The translations under genes were made by a program, and so were the position numbers. Below are positions 61,753-64,000 of a stretch of DNA of 64,000 bases, one piece after another. The DNA is taken from the NCBI GenBank assembly GCA_963804165.1, contig CAWDPO010000014.1:32001-96000 (forward strand), in the 5' to 3' direction. Source of the DNA: an uncultured delta proteobacterium. GTDB lineage: Bacteria > Desulfobacterota > Binatia > UBA9968. The notes below the pieces were generated by a model that saw nothing but the letters and a program-made list of their open reading frames with translations, did no database searches and had not been told where the DNA came from. Numbering within the stretch: the stretch's first letter is position 1; every line of letters begins with the position of its first letter.

Positions 61753-62224
61753 CTATGATAAGAAGCCGATCCACGGTTTCGGCCAGGGGACGCTCAATAG
61801 ATTGTCATAAACGCCGTAGAGAAAACCCCAGGTGACCGCGGTCAAGACTATCGCCGTTAACCAACCGCCGCCGTACAGCTTGACGTAGAGGAAAACAAAC
61901 AACGGCAGCGCGACCAGAAAGCCGATCAGATGGATCGCGAAGAAAAGCCCCCAGAGCCACGCCCAGATTTCTAAACTGCCCCAGCGGCCTTGATGCTCGA
62001 TGGCCTGAACCTCGAAGGTCGGACGCAGGATTTTTGCTCCCTCGGCGCGCGCCGCCTTAAAATCTAGCCGCAGTTGTAGCAAGGCGAGCACGACCCCGAT
62101 GCTTCCCAACAAGAAGAATTATAATCGAAGCGCGAACGGGCCAATCCTTGGCGACGAACAGAGCCGCGAGCATGACAAGGCCGATAAACGCCGTAAAAAA
62201 CATCTGTTCTTTAGCGCGACTCAT
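61753..62224 (-). CDS. tctB: Tripartite tricarboxylate transporter TctB-like (apparent frameshift near 62110)
   Basis: Four TM segments, YDNLLSVPWP tail, downstream of tctA. Confidence 0.68.
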
Positions 62225-63718
62225 CAAGCCTCCGACAATGACGTCTCGACTTTTCGTTTTCGCGCGGTGAGGATCGGATACACAATGGATGCGATCAGGA
62301 GCAGGATCAAAACAATCACCATCGGCCGCGCCAGCCATTCGAATCCATAGCGCGTGTACGAGAGCCAGAAGTAGAGTTCCATCTTGTCGCCCAGGACCAT
62401 GCCCAGCACTAGCGGCGCGCGCGGCCAACCGTAGCGGCGCATGAAGAAACCGAGGGAGGAGAAACATCATCAGCCCCGTGAGATCGTAGGTGTGAAAGTT
62501 GGCCGCGAAGGCGCCGATGAAGACAAAAGCCACCGACCGGCGGGACGATGGCATAAAACGGCATGAAGCAAATCTTCGCGATGGGTTTGGCGAACACCAT
62601 GCAGATCGCCGTGGCGAGAATATTCGCAATCACCAAGGTCCAGATCACAGCGAAGGTCAGGTTGAGCTGTGAGGTCAGCATGTCCGGGCCCGGTTTGATG
62701 CCGACGGCGATAAAGGCGGTGAGCACGAGCGCCGATGAAGTGCCGCCGGGAATGCCAAAGGCCAGTGTCGGAATGTAATCGCCGCCTTCCTTGGCGTTGT
62801 TCGAACCTTCCGACGCGATCACGCCGCGCACGTCGCCTTTGCCGAAATTTTCCCGGTTTTTTTCGGTCTGCACCGCGTGGGCATAGGCAAACCAATCCGC
62901 CACCGAGCTGCCGAGACCGGGGAGAAAACCGACCCAGACGCCGATGATCGAAGTACGAATCAACAGCCACCAGTGAATGAAGACGTCCTTGATGCCTTGC
63001 ACGTAGCCGCGGCCAAATTCTTCCGCCTTTGCGATGGCGCCTTTGCGGCCGGCGAGATCGATCACTTCCGGGATCGCGAAGATGCCCAGCGCGACGAGAA
63101 CCAGATCGATACCTTCCCAGAAGTATGAAAAATTGAACGCGTAAGCGCTCGACGCCGGATTTCGCGTCCAGGCCGACGGTTGAAATCAATACGCCGAGAA
63201 TGCCGCCGAGAAGGCCCTTGATCGGCGCGTTGCCGCTGAGAATGCCGACCATGCTCACGCCCCAAATCGTGAGAATAAAAAACTCCGGCGAGCTAAACGA
63301 AAGCACCAGTGGGCGCAGCACCGGTAACGAGGCAAACAGGACCAGCGCGCCGAAAATGCCGCCCAACAACGACGCCACGAACGAAGCGCTGAGCGCTCTG
63401 GCGCCTTCGCCGTTTTTCGCCATCGGGATGGCCGTCGAGAATCGTCGCTTGGGAGCCCGTGCTGCCCGGCACCGAGATGAGAATCGAAGTAAACGCGCTG
63501 GCGGTGTTGCCGACCGCGTCCATGCCGACCAGCAGCGCGATGACGAGCAGCGGATCTTTCATCGTCATGACGAAGGGAAGCATGAGGGCAAGCGTGCTCG
63601 GCCCGCCGATGCCCGGCAAAAAGCCGACCAGGCTGCCGATGCCGACGCCGAGGCACATGAACATGAATGCCTCGGGTTGAAGCACGCCGACTAAGCCTTC
63701 AAGGGCAGCTTCAAACAT
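62224..63718 (-). CDS. tctA: Tripartite tricarboxylate transporter TctA (several apparent frameshifts)
   Basis: VGFLPGIGG, SILISVPG, EGSNNAKEGGDYIPTLAFGIPG, PRAPLVLGMVLG spread over four ORF fragments. Confidence 0.82.
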
Positions 63719-63748
63719 TGCGCGTTCCGAAAGGTTGCGAAAACGGCA

Positions 63749-64000
63749 CTAGGATTGTTTCTCGCCTAGCGGGAGACTGTATTTCTGACGCAGCTTGGTG
63801 ATGAATTCCTTGGCGTCTTTTGAGATGGTGGTTTGCTCACGAATCACTTCCTCAACCCGTTCCGCCGTAACCGGTTTCCAACCGTCGCCGAAAAACTTAT
63901 CGCCTTCCTTGTCGACTTCGGGATCTTTCATCAGTTTGGCGAACGCCTCGCGCAGCGACGTCACCAGATGGTCCGGAGTCCCCGGGGGTGCCACTAAAAA
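63749..64000 (-). CDS. tctC: TctC/Bug family binding protein, C-terminal part (partial)
   Basis: APPGTP...LREAFAKLMKDPE; upstream of tctA. Confidence 0.7.
   Translation of the reverse strand, partial: FLVAPPGTPDHLVTSLREAFAKLMKDPEVDKEGDKFFGDGWKPVTAERVEEVIREQTTISKDAKEFITKLRQKYSLPLGEKQS

Overview
A GC-rich bacterial chromosomal segment with no rRNA, tRNA or CRISPR that I could see. The gene content (many NMT1/SsuA-type binding proteins, amidohydrolases, a Rieske oxygenase, a Tct transporter) and the intergenic microrepeats suggest Candidatus Binatia/Binatota; this is inference only. Core and metabolic genes include rnr, nfo, an AsmA-family gene, a lower phenylacetate (paa-like) cluster with TetR, a LigJ-like hydratase and aldolase, a P450, a diguanylate cyclase and three tandem Tat-signal ThDP enzymes followed by a cytochrome c. 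The most notable structure is at 35.6-46 kb. A small CMD/AhpD-like gene with an in-frame TGA in a CxxU motif and a SECIS-like hairpin (putative selenoprotein, missed by the ORF track) recurs six times as intact or fragmentary diverged alleles. The copies separate unrelated cargo blocks: hicAB and Y1-transposase remnants, an NRPS, brnTA, a relE/phd remnant, a GFA gene and a glycosyltransferase. The same 'gene - cargo - diverged duplicate of the gene end' design occurs at an amidohydrolase (24.7-25.7 kb). Several cargo units carry integron-cassette-like GTTRRRY/RYYYAAC borders, although no integrase lies in the window. About 15-20 single-base frameshifts, many at homopolymers, are probably long-read consensus errors.
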